Assembly: GCF_963921235.1 (NCBI RefSeq)
Contig: NC_086108.1
Coordinates: 36,396,001-36,460,000, forward strand
DNA length: 64,000 nt
Source of the DNA: Mobula hypostoma
Lineage: Eukaryota
Reading direction: 5' to 3'
Numbering within the stretch: position 1 is the stretch's first letter; each line of letters starts with the position of its first letter. The notes under the pieces were generated by a model. The model was not told the DNA's origin. It searched no databases and saw only the letters and a program-made list of their open reading frames with translations. This document shows positions 38,234 through 50,724 of this stretch, piece after piece. A program made the position numbers and the translations under genes.

Positions 38234-39502
38234 ACCAGCTATAGTCAGTTGTGAAATCTCATATTTACATTTATGTATCTGCTGTCATTAGATGTTAACA
38301 GTCATATATTTGATCTGAATGTTTATCCTTAAATTATAGTCCGTATATTTAATATAATTAAGAATTTAAAATAGTCTTAATTAATCATTACTTAAGCTGC
38401 CTTTAAATATGTCTGAACATATATTGAAGCTTGTTGGAAAAGGATTTCTTTTTTCTCATTAATTATTCTACCACGCACCCCCCAACCCTCACCTTTCCCC
38501 CTGTCCTGAAGCTTGCGTTATGCTCTCATGGTTTCACAGGGCACTGCAGCCCTGTGTACCTAACTCAAAAATTTTGTTAATTAAAGGGCCATTGCCAGGT
38601 TATTAATCTGAGGTTCAATGAGTAAGGTGGGGAGGGGGGTGGCTTTACATCTGAACTTGATGCTGACAACTTTAAGGAAAGATCATTGGTTGGCAACGAT
38701 ATTCCAAGTCTGGTTATTTCCTTTTGAATTGACCCAGAAATCTGAACTTTAATCTACTGTACACAGCAAGGTAAATGGAAAGCTTGTATTTAACTTCATG
38801 AATTTGAACAAGAATTCTGGTCATCTAGTCCATTTCCGGCCTTTTACAGCTTACGTTGTAGCAGGCTTGTAGGGTTAGGATTATTGCTTGTGGAGGACAA
38901 ACACCAACATGATTTGTGATATGCTGTCTACCTGTATTTTCTTCTTGGTGATATTGATTTGATTAATATATTTAACATTGAAAATGTTCTTTTAGCTGTA
39001 GTATTAATTTTTGTACTACAACAGCAATCAGGATATTTTTCTAATGCAATCATTGCATAAGATGATTAACAAATTATTTTTTGATGAGTATGCCAATATT
39101 CTAACTCCTTCAAAACTGGCAATGTCAATTTTTATTAGAATTTGACTCACTTTGGATCTGTGGTGTGCAATAGTTGATATTTCCTCAAAGTTGTTTGTTA
39201 ATATTATCCAGTGTGCCACATATTCATCTAACAATCCACATAACATACCTGTAAGTTTGAATGTATATTCTTGCACTAGGTATTATCTTAAAATACTAAG
39301 CCAAATTGGCTTTTTCCTTAGGGAATAGATCGGTAAACAAATAGCAATGTCAAATAGCATTGACTCCAGCAATTTATTTGCAAATGCAGAATTTTGGTTT
39401 CAGTTGGATTATTTTACTTTATGAATCATATTTATATATATATATAAATTGGAAATTATGCTGAAAGAAAGATTTGGCATAATATGTTTCTTTTTACTAA
39501 GG

Positions 39503-39790
39503 TGGTGTAGCACAGTAGCATAGTGGTTAACACCAGTTGTAACAGTGCCAGCTGTAAGATCGGAGTTCAATTCCCACTATTGTTTGTAGGAATTGGTACA
39601 TTCTCCCTGTGAATGCATCAGTGCTGTGGTTTCCTCACGCATTCCAAAGGCATACAGTTGGAGTTAGCATGTTGAGGGCATGCTATGTTGGCGCCAGAAG
39701 TGTGGTGACACTTGCAGACTGCTTAGCACAATCCTGACTGATTTGATTGCATTTCACTTATGTTCCAATGTATATGTGAAAAATGAAGCT
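39503..39790 (+). mobile_element. V-SINE variant with a non-CR1 tail
   Basis: A-box tagcatagtgg, B-box ggagttcaattccc, partial V-domain ggtttcctcacgcattccaaag. Confidence 0.7.
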
Positions 39791-40389
39791 AAGCTTTTAA
39801 CTTTAAGATTTGGTAAATGGAACAAGTTTGTAAATTTACATGTATGCTCTTTTGAGGCCAGAATTTCATTGATAAGATGTTAGGTTCTGTTTATTTCAGC
39901 ACTTCAAGTTGCTGATGAATTATCAGACAGTGAGGTTGTAGCTGGGGGCTAATTGCTACATTAGCACCATCTATTAGTTCAGCGAGGACAGTTATTGACT
40001 GTGTATCCAAAGTTGGTATTGATGATTTTGCCTTTCCAGCTGTGAAACACTTGCAATTGATGAAATGGATTGTAGTGTAATGTCCAAAAAGTACGTAAAG
40101 ATACAAGGACTTTTTCATTTTGTGGTTTTCCTCGTTAAAAACTCATTTGAAATCCAAATATTCTTGTTGAGGTCTACTTTAGTTGAGATCCACATTCATA
40201 GCCATGGGTACTTCAGTAAGCAGTGTCATTTTAAGACATTTAAAAAATCTATCGATACTCAAAATCGACAGATCCTGGACTGCAGGCTCAGGTCATGAGT
40301 GCAGTGCCCCTTTAAGAGAATAGAAGTGGGGAAGGCACACCGGTCTACTGGTACAAATGAAGCAGCGAGGATTTAGACCCCAACTCCTG

Positions 40390-41137
40390 ACTATTTTGCT
40401 GGTGAATGTACAGTCTTGGGCAGGGATATGCTTTTTCTTTTTTTACTCTTTTTGTGCAAGGTATTAGAGATTGTAGAACCATGAACTTCATCTTCAGTTG
40501 CAGTCACTGTCTTCAGCAGCTCACTCAGAATGACTGTTGGTGTCACAATAGCCTCTCTTACAAGTGCCATTCTTTTCCAGTGACTAATTTTAGAGGGGCA
40601 GGCTCGATGTAGGCTAGGTGGCTGTAGTTTCATATTTTTTCCATTTTTTCATGGTGGACTATACTAAGCTCCAAGGTAATGTTCAGTGCCTTTATACCCT
40701 TCCCCAGATATGTGCTTTTCTATATTAATTTCCCTGAATTGCCTTGAATACTCTTTTTGTCTTTATTTTATTTGGTCTGTTAAAAATCTACCAGGTTGTT
40801 GGACGTTAAAGAACGAGGGGGTATTTATTTAGGTGATCTTCTAATTTTCTGTATCAACGGCTTGGGTGAGTTGTTAAGGTAATATACAGTATTGTACCTG
40901 AGGAAAGTTAGTGTAGTAATTACAAAAGAGATTAATACTTTTTCAGCCTCACAATTTTGGTTTGTAATTTTAGTAAATTGTTACCAGGCTTTAGATTTTT
41001 TTCTTTTGATTTAACATGATGTGTTACTTTGTAGATTAGGTAAAAAAAAATCCTACTTCAATATATTTTAAATTGAGAAAGTAAGACAGTAAAATGTGAA
41101 AGTACTCGTGTAGGTTGAGTATTCATTCAAGGCACTG
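40390..41137 (-). mobile_element. Tc1/mariner transposon left-end fragment
   Basis: Minus-strand end TA|CAGTGCCTTGAATGAATACT. ORF 40391..40633 (RMALVREAIVTPTVILSELLKT...STISNTLHK) fits the Tc1 second HTH region. Confidence 0.82.
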
Positions 41138-41987
41138 TAAGGATCTACTTAAGTACAATATATAAAACCTCTGTGTAAATATGCCTTGCTATGAAATGTC
41201 AAGGATAAATGTCTTCTGTGGCATTGAAGATCAGTGATCCAGAACTATAAAGGTCCAGGGATGACCTACGGAAGGTTATCTTAAGAGCACAAAATCAATT
41301 GAGTCTAGAGACAACTGGAAGCACGTCCAATTGCCTCAGTTAAAGGGACTAGATTTACAGCATAAAGTCTACCGTTCAGTGGTAATGAGTTATGACTGCT
41401 GTAAATTCAGTGAGTTACACCTCTTTTTTGAGGTTGGCCACTATGTAGCAAGTCCTGTATGCCATGATAAAATGTTCTTTGAACAAATGCATAAATACAA
41501 TTGTGTTTAAAAATTTAACTGAAAACATAATTGTACTGACAGCATGCACCAACTCCAAGTTGGAATTAATTTCATACAATATGTTACTGTAATCCACTAT
41601 TTTAGAGGTACAAGTAGTTTGTTTTTGAGACTGGAAGGAATTTTTACATTCTAGTGTATACTTGTTGCTGTGCAAAAAAATTAAAATGGTTGCTGGTTTA
41701 ATGGTTTCACATTTAACATGAACAATACCCAGATTCCATACCTTAGATTTAGGCTAGCCAGCTTCAAAATACCTTGGCCCCTTTCATGTTTTTTTCTAAA
41801 CGTTTTTGAAAATTATTAAAATACATGTAAAAATGGGATATTCAGATGCTTAAATAAGTAGACAAAGTTGTGCTTATTATAAATAAATGAAATCCATATA
41901 AGAAGCAGAGATAATGTCAAAGAAGACCATCTCATCAAAAACAGTGTATCAACAAAATTCTAGTGTTTCTTGACCAATTGTTCACTA

Positions 41988-42260
41988 TTGGGTGTAACTG
42001 TTAGCTTGATGATATTATAGCTTTGGGGTCAGGGTTCAGATTTCAATTCCAAGGAGTCTGTCTGTCCTCCCCGTGGAATGCATGGGTTTCCTCCACATGC
42101 TCCAGTTTCCTCCCACAGTCCAAAGACATACCAGTATAGTAGGTTAATTGGTCATTGTTAATTGTCCTGTGATTGGGCTACGGTTAAATCGGCAGTTGCT
42201 GGGCGCAGCGGCTTGAAAGGATGGAAGGGCCTGTTCTGCACTGTATCTCAATAAATAAAT
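41988..42260 (+). mobile_element. V-SINE (HE1-like)
   Basis: V-domain gggtttcctccacatgctccagtttcctcccacagtccaaagac and CR1-like tail gaagggcctgttctgcactgtatctcaataaataaa. Confidence 0.85.
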
Positions 42261-43295
42261 TTAAAGGGAAGGAATACATATATAGTTACAGGAATGTATA
42301 AAATAATGGAGATCATAAAAAGATAAAATATTCTTGTATTCATGTGCCCTATTAGATACTACTTTCACAACATGCAGGGATGAGTCCAAGAATGACTGGA
42401 AACATTGATTCTGTTGTTAAAAAAAAAACAAGATTATAAATGATAGAGGTGGATCTTGATCTGTGAGACATCCATTTGGCCAGATATAAAGTGGGCAATC
42501 AGCCCTCACTGTTACCATAGAGGAAATCTGACAGCATGTGAAACCCAAATATACGTCTGTGTAGTTAATTGTGGATAGTCAGCAGTTGCCTTCAGTGATT
42601 CCTTGCTACCCCATGCTGTGTGCAGTTTCACAGTTTTCTAGTGTTTAATTTTCAGTAGTCTGCTCGGCTTTGCTGTAGAAAGTGTGAATTATTGATTTGC
42701 TACCTTTCTGATTATTTATGAGTAGACTTTCAATCTCATGAATGAACACCTAAAAATTCTAAGTGTTTAATTTTTTTTCTTTCAGCCCTTCTTATTTTTT
42801 CATGGTTTATACAGTGATCAAAATGCTAGTTAACATAGAACATTTATCTTGTTGGTTTGCTGTCAGAAATTTTAAAGTGTGATTGGATGTCACTGAATGC
42901 CTTGCATATTTCAGGAAAGTTGACAATATGTTAGTCACCAAGTATATGCTAATAAACTGATTTTGTTCAAATAATCCGTTTATATGACCATGGCAAAGCT
43001 TGAGAAAGAGTTCTTCATCATTTATGGAATACACCTTCATATGGTCCAAAGCATGCTGACTTAGCTTAAACATTAAGGGGATGATGCACTGCTCTCAAAT
43101 TCATTTTGGATTGAGCAGGGTGAAAAGTTTTCTGTAAAAAATCAACCATTCATTACTTGTATAGATGTAGAAGTTCAAACAACAATTTCAACAGCATGAC
43201 CAACTGCATGTTAACATCAGTGTGCCACTTTGTTTTCTTCACAGCTTGTTGAGAATTATGAAAAAATTCTAACTATCTGTCATGTTTCTTATCAG

Positions 43296-43457
43296 GTTTT
43301 TTCCATCAGAAGAGAAGAAAAAGCAAGGATGCCAGCGGGAAAATGAAATTCTGATCCAACGGCGAAAGGACCAAGTACAGCCAGGAGGAGCCGCCATCAG
43401 TGTAACAGTGCCTTATCGAGTGATAGACCAACCTCTCAAACTTCTTCCACAAGACTG
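43296..43457 (+). CDS. CDC73: CDC73/parafibromin coding exon (equivalent to human exon 14), 162 nt
   Basis: Acceptor ttcttatcAG|G and donor TG|GTacat. Translates [54 protein letters not shown], matching the recalled vertebrate parafibromin C-terminal domain. Confidence 0.97.
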
Positions 43458-43809
43458 GTACATGTGTTTAATTACTTGTTTAACTAATACAGTATCATTG
43501 TGCTTGAAACCTGATTTTTCAGTGAGCTGTTTCAGTATCACTGTCAGTGGTAATTTTTCCATGTTCTATTTGAATAGATCACAGGTCTCAGTGAGGGCTG
43601 AAGAACAGATTCAGCTTCATCAATTTATCATATGTACACCAAACCTTACAGGGAAGTGTTTCTGTTAGCAACCAACACAACATACAGATGTGTAGAGGGA
43701 AGCCCACACGTGTCACTACAAATACTGGTGCCAACATGACATACTGGTGTCAGCAAGATATAGAATAGCAAGTTGATCTTAAAAAGTAAAGGATGTAATA
43801 TTCTTTTGC

Positions 43810-45125
43810 TGTCTTGAGCCAAATTAGGGTGGATAAATCCCCAGGGCCTGACAAGGTCTCCGCTCAGACCTTGTGGGAGGCTAGTGCAGAAATTGCAGTG
43901 GACCTAGCAGAGGCATTTAAAATGTCCTTAAGCCATAGGTGAGGTTCCGATGGATTGGAGGATAGATAATGTTCTTCCATTGTTGAAAAGAAGCTCTTAA
44001 GAATATGTTGGGAAATTATAGGCCAGTGAGCATGATGTCAGTAGTGAGTAAATTATTGGAAGGTATTCTAAGGAACTGGACATAGAAGTGTTTAGATAAA
44101 CAGGGATTGAGGATAGCCAACGTGCCTCTGTGTATGTAGATCTTGGCTAACCAACCTTACTGAATTTTTGAGGAGGTTACCAGGAAAGTTGATGAAGATA
44201 AGTCAATGGATGTTGCCTACATGGACTTTATAAAGACCTTTCACAAGATCCTGCATGAGAGGCTGGTCAGGAAGGTTCAGTCGCTTGGCGTTCAGGATGA
44301 GGGAGTAAATTGGATTAGACATTGCCTCCGCGGGAGAAATCTGAGAGTGGTAGTAGATGGTTGCCTCTCTGACTGGAGGCCTGTGACTAATGGGGTGCCG
44401 CACGGACTGGTGCTGAGTGCATTGTTGTTTGTCATCTGTATCGATGAATTAGATGATAATATGGTAAACTGGATCAGCAAATTTGCAGATTACACCAAAA
44501 TTTGGGGTGTGATGGAGAGAAAGAAAAGCTATCAAAGCCTGCAGCAGGATCTACATCAGCTGGAGAAATGGGAGATGGAACTTAATACAGCCAAGTATAA
44601 GTGTTGCACTTTGGGAGGACAACCCATAGTAGGACTTGCGCTGTGACCAGTAGGGCACTGAGGAGTACGGTAGAACAAAGGATTCTGGGAATGCAAATCC
44701 ATAATTCCTTGAAAGTGTGTTTTGGGGAAGGTTGAATAGTTCTTCGTTCCCTGGACATAGGGTAATGAGGGAGATTATGTAATAGAGGTACCAAAATTAT
44801 GAGGGTATGGACATAGTAAATGCAAGCAAGCTTTTTCCACTGAGGTTAGGTGAGACTGGATCTGGAGGTCATAGGTTAAGGGTGAACTATTTAAAGGGAA
44901 CCTAAGGGGGAAGTTCATGACTCAGTGGTGAGAATGTGGAATGAGCTGCCAATGGAAGCAATGGATGTGAATTCAATATCAGCATTTTAGAGAAATTTGG
45001 GTAAGTACATGGATGGGAGGATTATGAAGGGTTATGATCCAGGCATGGATCAATGGGACTAGGCAGAATAATAGCTGCAGCATCAGCTAGATGGGCTGAA
45101 GTGCTGCAGTGCTCTACGGGTCTAT
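43810..45125 (+). mobile_element. CR1 LINE RT and 3' fragment in CDC73 intron 14
   Basis: KSPGPD, NYRPVS, and ORF 44206..44646 (MDVAYMDF...NGVPHG...SKFADYTK). Confidence 0.9.
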
Positions 45126-45777
45126 GTGTTCATAAACTGGTAATTTAAAATATTGAAACCCAACTTTGTATTACCTTGATTCTGTTAAACAGGGTGTTTG
45201 TTTCTCATAAAATAGAAACCTTTTGTACATTATTATTAAAAATATTGAAATGACTTTTGTTGTCAACGTGCACAAAGATCTACAAAGAATTCCTATTAAT
45301 AAACAAGAAAGATGCAGGTATCAGTGATCACATTTTGAGGGGAGGTGCTTTTCACTTCCCTCTGCACAGCATGTGTTATCTTCTGACTGACGTGAAACCT
45401 GCTTCCTATGACTTTGCAATTCCTAGGAGTTAAGCAAAAACCCCTAGCGTGTACATTATGAGCTTCATTCCACATCTTCCCTCAGTAACATTACTAAAAT
45501 ATGAAGCCGATTTGTTTAATTTGCATTTCTCATTTCTGTGCCCAATGCCAATATAATGTACGTTATCAACAATAACTAGAAGTTGTAGTGTAAATTTAAT
45601 GCGTTTTTGAAATTGGGTATTAACAGATTAATACAGCTCAGACGCAATTCAAAGAAAACAAATTGTTCCAGATCTACTCTGCACATCAGGAATCATCAAT
45701 AAAGAGAGAAACAGAGTTAACGTTTCATGAGAACATTAATCTGAAATATTAGTTTTATTTAGAAAAGTTATTCGTAC

Positions 45778-46390
45778 AAAGTTCATTGTGCATTTATTAT
45801 TTAAGTATGTACGTTATACAGCCTTGAGATTCGTCTCCAAATAGGCAGCCACAAAACAAAGAAACCCAAAAGAACCCATTAACAAAAAGACCATTAAACA
45901 CCCGATGTGCAGAGAGAAAAAGAACAAATAATGCAAGCAAAATAGCATTCTGAACCGAAGTCCACAGACCCTTAGTTCAGCGCTAAGCCGAGTAAATGCT
46001 GTGGAGCAGCGAGCTGAACCGGCCCAACCCATGTCTCGGTCTCCGACAGCCTGACCTTTTCAATCTGGCCTGGCACCAAAATCGTCCGAGCATCACGTTC
46101 AGTTACTTTGTTATACTCTGGGTTCTGCAGCCCACTGCCTCAATTTGGTTTTTACCCAGCCTTTCCTGTTGAGCACAGTGCTTACGTCATCCAAACATCT
46201 GGTTCAGTTGCATTGATACACTCTGGAGCCTAGACCCCCGCCACCTTGACTCGGCCTGTATTTGACTTTTCCGATTCAGCCTGGTGCTTAAATCGTCACA
46301 AAAGCATAGGTTTCTATCACTTCAATATGCTCTGGGGCCTGGAATCTGCTGCCTTGATTTGGCCTGTAGCCAGCCTTTCCAATTTGGTAA
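45778..46390 (-). mobile_element. Non-coding, non-autonomous element related to 11627-12505
   Basis: Shares the terminal segment atttattat...tacagccttgagattcgtctcc...agccacaaaacaaagaaa with 11627-11720 and has degenerate internal repeats. Confidence 0.6.
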
Positions 46391-47314
46391 CATCTGTATT
46401 TATAAAACAGCAGTTTATCCAATAACTACTTACCTAGTTCTGCGTGACAGCAATACCATTAACATTTCAGTTATGTTTTGTATATAGAATGCTGTTCATG
46501 CAGTAGTTTAAAATGAAGCTATCCAATCTTCCCATGTGTCGAGATGCTAGTTTCTTCTCACCATAAGGACATGTACAGAGCAAGTGGGGAAAAAAGATAC
46601 ATAGCAGTGATGAACATGGTGGTTAGTGACCATAGCAAGTTGGAAGTAGTTAATGGTGAAAAATGTTAGGATAGAAGGGGATGCTAATCAGTGAATGTTT
46701 GATTTTGTTTGTTTCAGATTCTGTAAGTAAAATAGCCACACTTTCATGTTCAGTAATACACATTTTAAAACAAGTTCAGATTACGATAATACTGCTGGTT
46801 GAAGATCTTTAAAAGATAAGTATTTTCACTTGTAAAGGATGTTATCCTACCTATTCTTATTGGTGAAGAATTTAGGGATGAACATCAATTATTTAAAAAA
46901 TTTCTGTATACGGAATTTTCACATATGCTTCCCTTCTATTGAGAAATAATTGTATAGTTATTTCAAAGCATCAATGTTTGTCATGTAAACTTTATCAGGT
47001 TTACAAGTTGTTGGTAAAAAAAGTACTTGCCTTAGCTCCACATCTTGTAAAAGAAACTGAGCAGCAATTCCTTCGATGCAGTTAAATGATGCTTAATAGC
47101 ATCTTCCTTAGAAACAAAATTGTCTGGCTGTAACAGCTGTTTTATTTATTAATTTTATACACTTTTAATTGCATTCCCCAAAATCAAAATTTTATTTCAG
47201 ATCTTAAATTTTAATTTTGGTTATATAGTTTATGAATCTGGGGACATAAATTAAACTGTCTTGGAATAAAATGTCCTTGCTGTAAAGCTTTATTTTGACA
47301 AGATTCCTTTCATA

Positions 47315-47655
47315 TAAGACTATAAGATACAGGAGCAGAATTAAGTCATTTGGCCCATCGAGTCTGCTCTGTCATTTCATCATGGCTGATTCATTTTCCC
47401 TCTCAGCCCCAATCTCCTGCCTTCTCCCCGTATCCCTTCATGCCTTGACCAATCAAGAATCTTATTAACCTCTCCCTTAAGTATACGTAGAGACTTGGCC
47501 TCCACAACTGCCTGTGGCAACGAATTCCACAGATTCACCACCCTCTAGCTGACGACATTTTTCCTCAGCTCTGTTGTAAAAGGACACCCCTCTATTCTGA
47601 GGTTGTGTTGTCTAGTCTGAGACTATCCCACTGTAGGAAACATCCTCTCCATATG
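47315..47655 (-). mobile_element. CR1 LINE 3' end
   Basis: Tail ataagactataagatacaggagcagaa and reverse-strand RVVNLWNSLP. Same type as 30705, 32695 and 50725. Confidence 0.85.
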
Positions 47656-47914
47656 TTACCTAGTCTTCTCATGAATTGCAATATATATTGCACATCATTT
47701 TGCAACAAGTGAAAAAAGCATGACTATGGGATGAGAGGTGGGGTAGTGGTGGTGACGGAAGAGAAATTCCAAAGAATGCAGGTAACATTGAGGACAGGTG
47801 TAACACATTCAGGGAGTTTTGGAATATATCAGGACAGGGTAGTTACAGGCTAGAAATGATTAATCTCAGAGAGCATACTGAAAATTATGTTTTATGTTTG
47901 TCTGCATTTTAACA

Positions 47915-48425
47915 GCAACAGAAGCAGGATCTCCCAGTGGCCACCCATTTTAATTCCACTTCACATTCCCATTCCGATATGTCAATCCGTGGCCTCCCCT
48001 ACTGTCACAAAGAGGCCACACTCAGGTTGGAGGAACAATACCTTATATTCCATCTGGGTAGCCTCCAACCTGATGACATGAACATCAATTTCTCAAACTT
48101 CCGATAATGCCCCCAACTCTCCTTCAACATTCCCCATCCCCTTTACCCTCTCTCATCTTTCTTCTTACCTGCCCATTGCCTCCCTCTGGTGCTCCTCCAC
48201 CCTTTAATTTCTTTCATGGCCTTCTATCCTCTCCTATTAGATACTCCCTTCTCCAACCCTGTATCCCTTTCACCAACCAACTTCCCAGCTCTTTACTTCA
48301 TCCCTCCCCCTCCCGGTTTCACCTGTCACCTTGAGTTTCTCTCTCCCCTATCCCCACCTTTAAAATCTACTCCTCATCTTTCTTTCTGCAATCCTGCCGA
48401 AGGGTCTCTGCCCGAAACATCAGTT
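47915..48425 (+). mobile_element. Penelope-like element 3' fragment with a mutated hammerhead motif
   Basis: EATLRLEEQYLIFHLGSLQPDDMNINFS, a pyrimidine-rich tail, and ctgccga-agggtctctgccc-gaaacatc at 48394-48421. Confidence 0.85.
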
Positions 48426-49204
48426 TCCCACTTAGTTCTTAGTTCATCCAATTTTACTGGATTCTGGGACATGGTTTCTAGCAGTTTTGGCAATTTTCCT
48501 TTAAAAAATTTGTCCACTAAATCTTTTGTGTAATGTTGTGCTTTACACTTCAAGATTTTTTTTCTTCTTTTGACTTGGATTTTTGGGACCAATTTGTTAT
48601 TTAGCACCCAATTATTGTGGCATTTGCTGAATAAACAGTAGGTCAGAGGCATAGTTAATCCTTCTCCACTCACTATTCCCTGAAGTGACCTGTGTTCTTT
48701 GCCTAGAGCTCTCATTTTAAGAACTGCATTTGCAAAAAGTCTCAAGTGCAGGAAGTTATTTATTTCAGTCTGCCAGCAAAAGGCCAGCATCGATCTGTGT
48801 CACTGATCATAAGCCTAAAGTGAGCTTCACTTTTTAACAGGTTGACTTGAAATGTTTAAACTGCTAGGGAGTGAAGCAGGTATAGCAATCACAATATAAA
48901 ACTTTGATAAAGTGTATTTTAAGAGAATACATTGATATTGAGTCCTTCATCTCAGTCTTAAGGATTTGCAAGAGGAAGTTGGAAAAAATTCTGAAAGCAC
49001 CTCTTTCTAAGTTAATAGGGCTTTACCCATGTTGGCATTATTGTGTTAGATTTTTTTTCCAAAGTGTAACTAATAGTTCTATTTGTTCGTGCAGCTAGAC
49101 AAGAGCTGTTTTTGTGCAAATGTTGCACAACTTAATTACCATTTCAAAAAACTTGCATGTTGAATATAATTAATGTTTCATATCTGATTAATATATTTCC
49201 AATT

Positions 49205-49860
49205 GCAAATCGCCCAGTTGCACTTACATCCACAATGATGAAGTGTTTTGAGAGGCTGGTGATGAAACCTATCAGCGCCTGCCTGAGAGGTAATTTGGAT
49301 CCACTTCATTTTGTCTACTGAAGCAACAGGTCCACAGCAGATGCCATTCCATTGGCTCTTCATGCAACCTTGGAACATCTGGACAGCAAGGGTGCATACA
49401 TCACGATCCTCTTTGTCGATTACAGTTCAGCATTTAATATCATTATCCCCTGAAAACTAATCAATAAGCTCCAAGATCTGGGCCTTAATACCTCCTTGTG
49501 CAATTGAACCCTGGATTTCCTCACTTTTAGATGCAGTCAGTTGGAATTGGCAACAACATCTCCTCCAGGTTCTCCATTAGCACAGGTAAACCATGGGACA
49601 GTGTGCTTAGCTCCCTTCTCTACTCGCTTTACACCTATGACTGTGGGTCTAAGCATGGCTCTAATACCATGTTCAATTTTGCTGATGACACCATTTTTGT
49701 GGGCCGAATCAAAGGTGGTGATGAATCAGAATACAGGAGGGAGACTGAAAATTTGGCTGAGTGGTGTCATAACAACCACCTCTCATACAATGTCAGCAAG
49801 ACCAAGGAATTGATTGGGGACTTCGGGAGAGGGAAGCCAGAAGTCCATGAACCAGTCCTA
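49205..49860 (+). mobile_element. Rex1/Babar-type LINE RT fragment
   Basis: Motifs [42 protein letters not shown] and NVSKTKEL. Confidence 0.85.
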
Positions 49861-50239
49861 CTCCTGTTTCTTATGTCCTTATGCAAAAGTAGCACTGATG
49901 CACTCATAATAATCTTTAAAAAGCAGTTGTTCATACATCATCAAGTGGAGCGCTGATTATGTTGCCTGGGAATTAAAAGAGAAAATCCTCTGACCCACTT
50001 TGAGGAAAGCTACAAGAGAGCTGCCAATAAAGTAAAATTGATATTAAATGAAGAACCACATGAACAGTGGTTAATTTGGGTTTCAACTTGTTATTTTAAA
50101 GAGAAACTGCAGGTGTAATCGAAGTTTGAAAGGGAAAAAAAGATGAAAGTTCAGAAATGATCAGGAGAGGAATACCCTTCATTGAAATTGTAGTGTTTAA
50201 AATATTACTCTTCTCTTTTCCTCTGAGACCTAAAAGTGA

Positions 50240-50431
<192 letters not shown>

Positions 50432-50724
50432 TAGGTGGTGTACACCATCTGACCCTCCTCTTAGCAATATACATAAGACTTCACTGCTCTACAATCCCTT
50501 GATTTCCCAAATGTTCAAGAACCTGCTGAACTCTTATTTTGAATATAACAAGTGGAATATAACATCTCTATCCAGAGATGATGGCTCTCAAAATTCTAGA
50601 CTCTCCAGTGAGGAGCAACATTTTCTCAGCAACCAAAAATAATGTTAAAAGTTTCAATAAGGTTCCGATTCGCCTCCACCCCATTCAAAATATCACCTGT
50701 GACAGATCCATTGCATTTGATCTT

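Noticed and set aside
39900..39952. Possible cassette or poison exon after ttatttcag (LQVADELSDSEVVAGG*)
   Set aside because: No homology or transcript support; acceptor-like motifs are common by chance in AT-rich introns.
1..43295. Nested B3GALT2 gene, which in mammals lies antisense within a CDC73 intron
   Set aside because: No long galactosyltransferase-like ORF on either strand; if conserved, it should lie upstream of this window.
43282..43668. 128-aa track ORF treated as a stand-alone gene
   Set aside because: Only 43296-43457 is exon; the rest is intronic read-through. The same applies to ORF 50252..50434.
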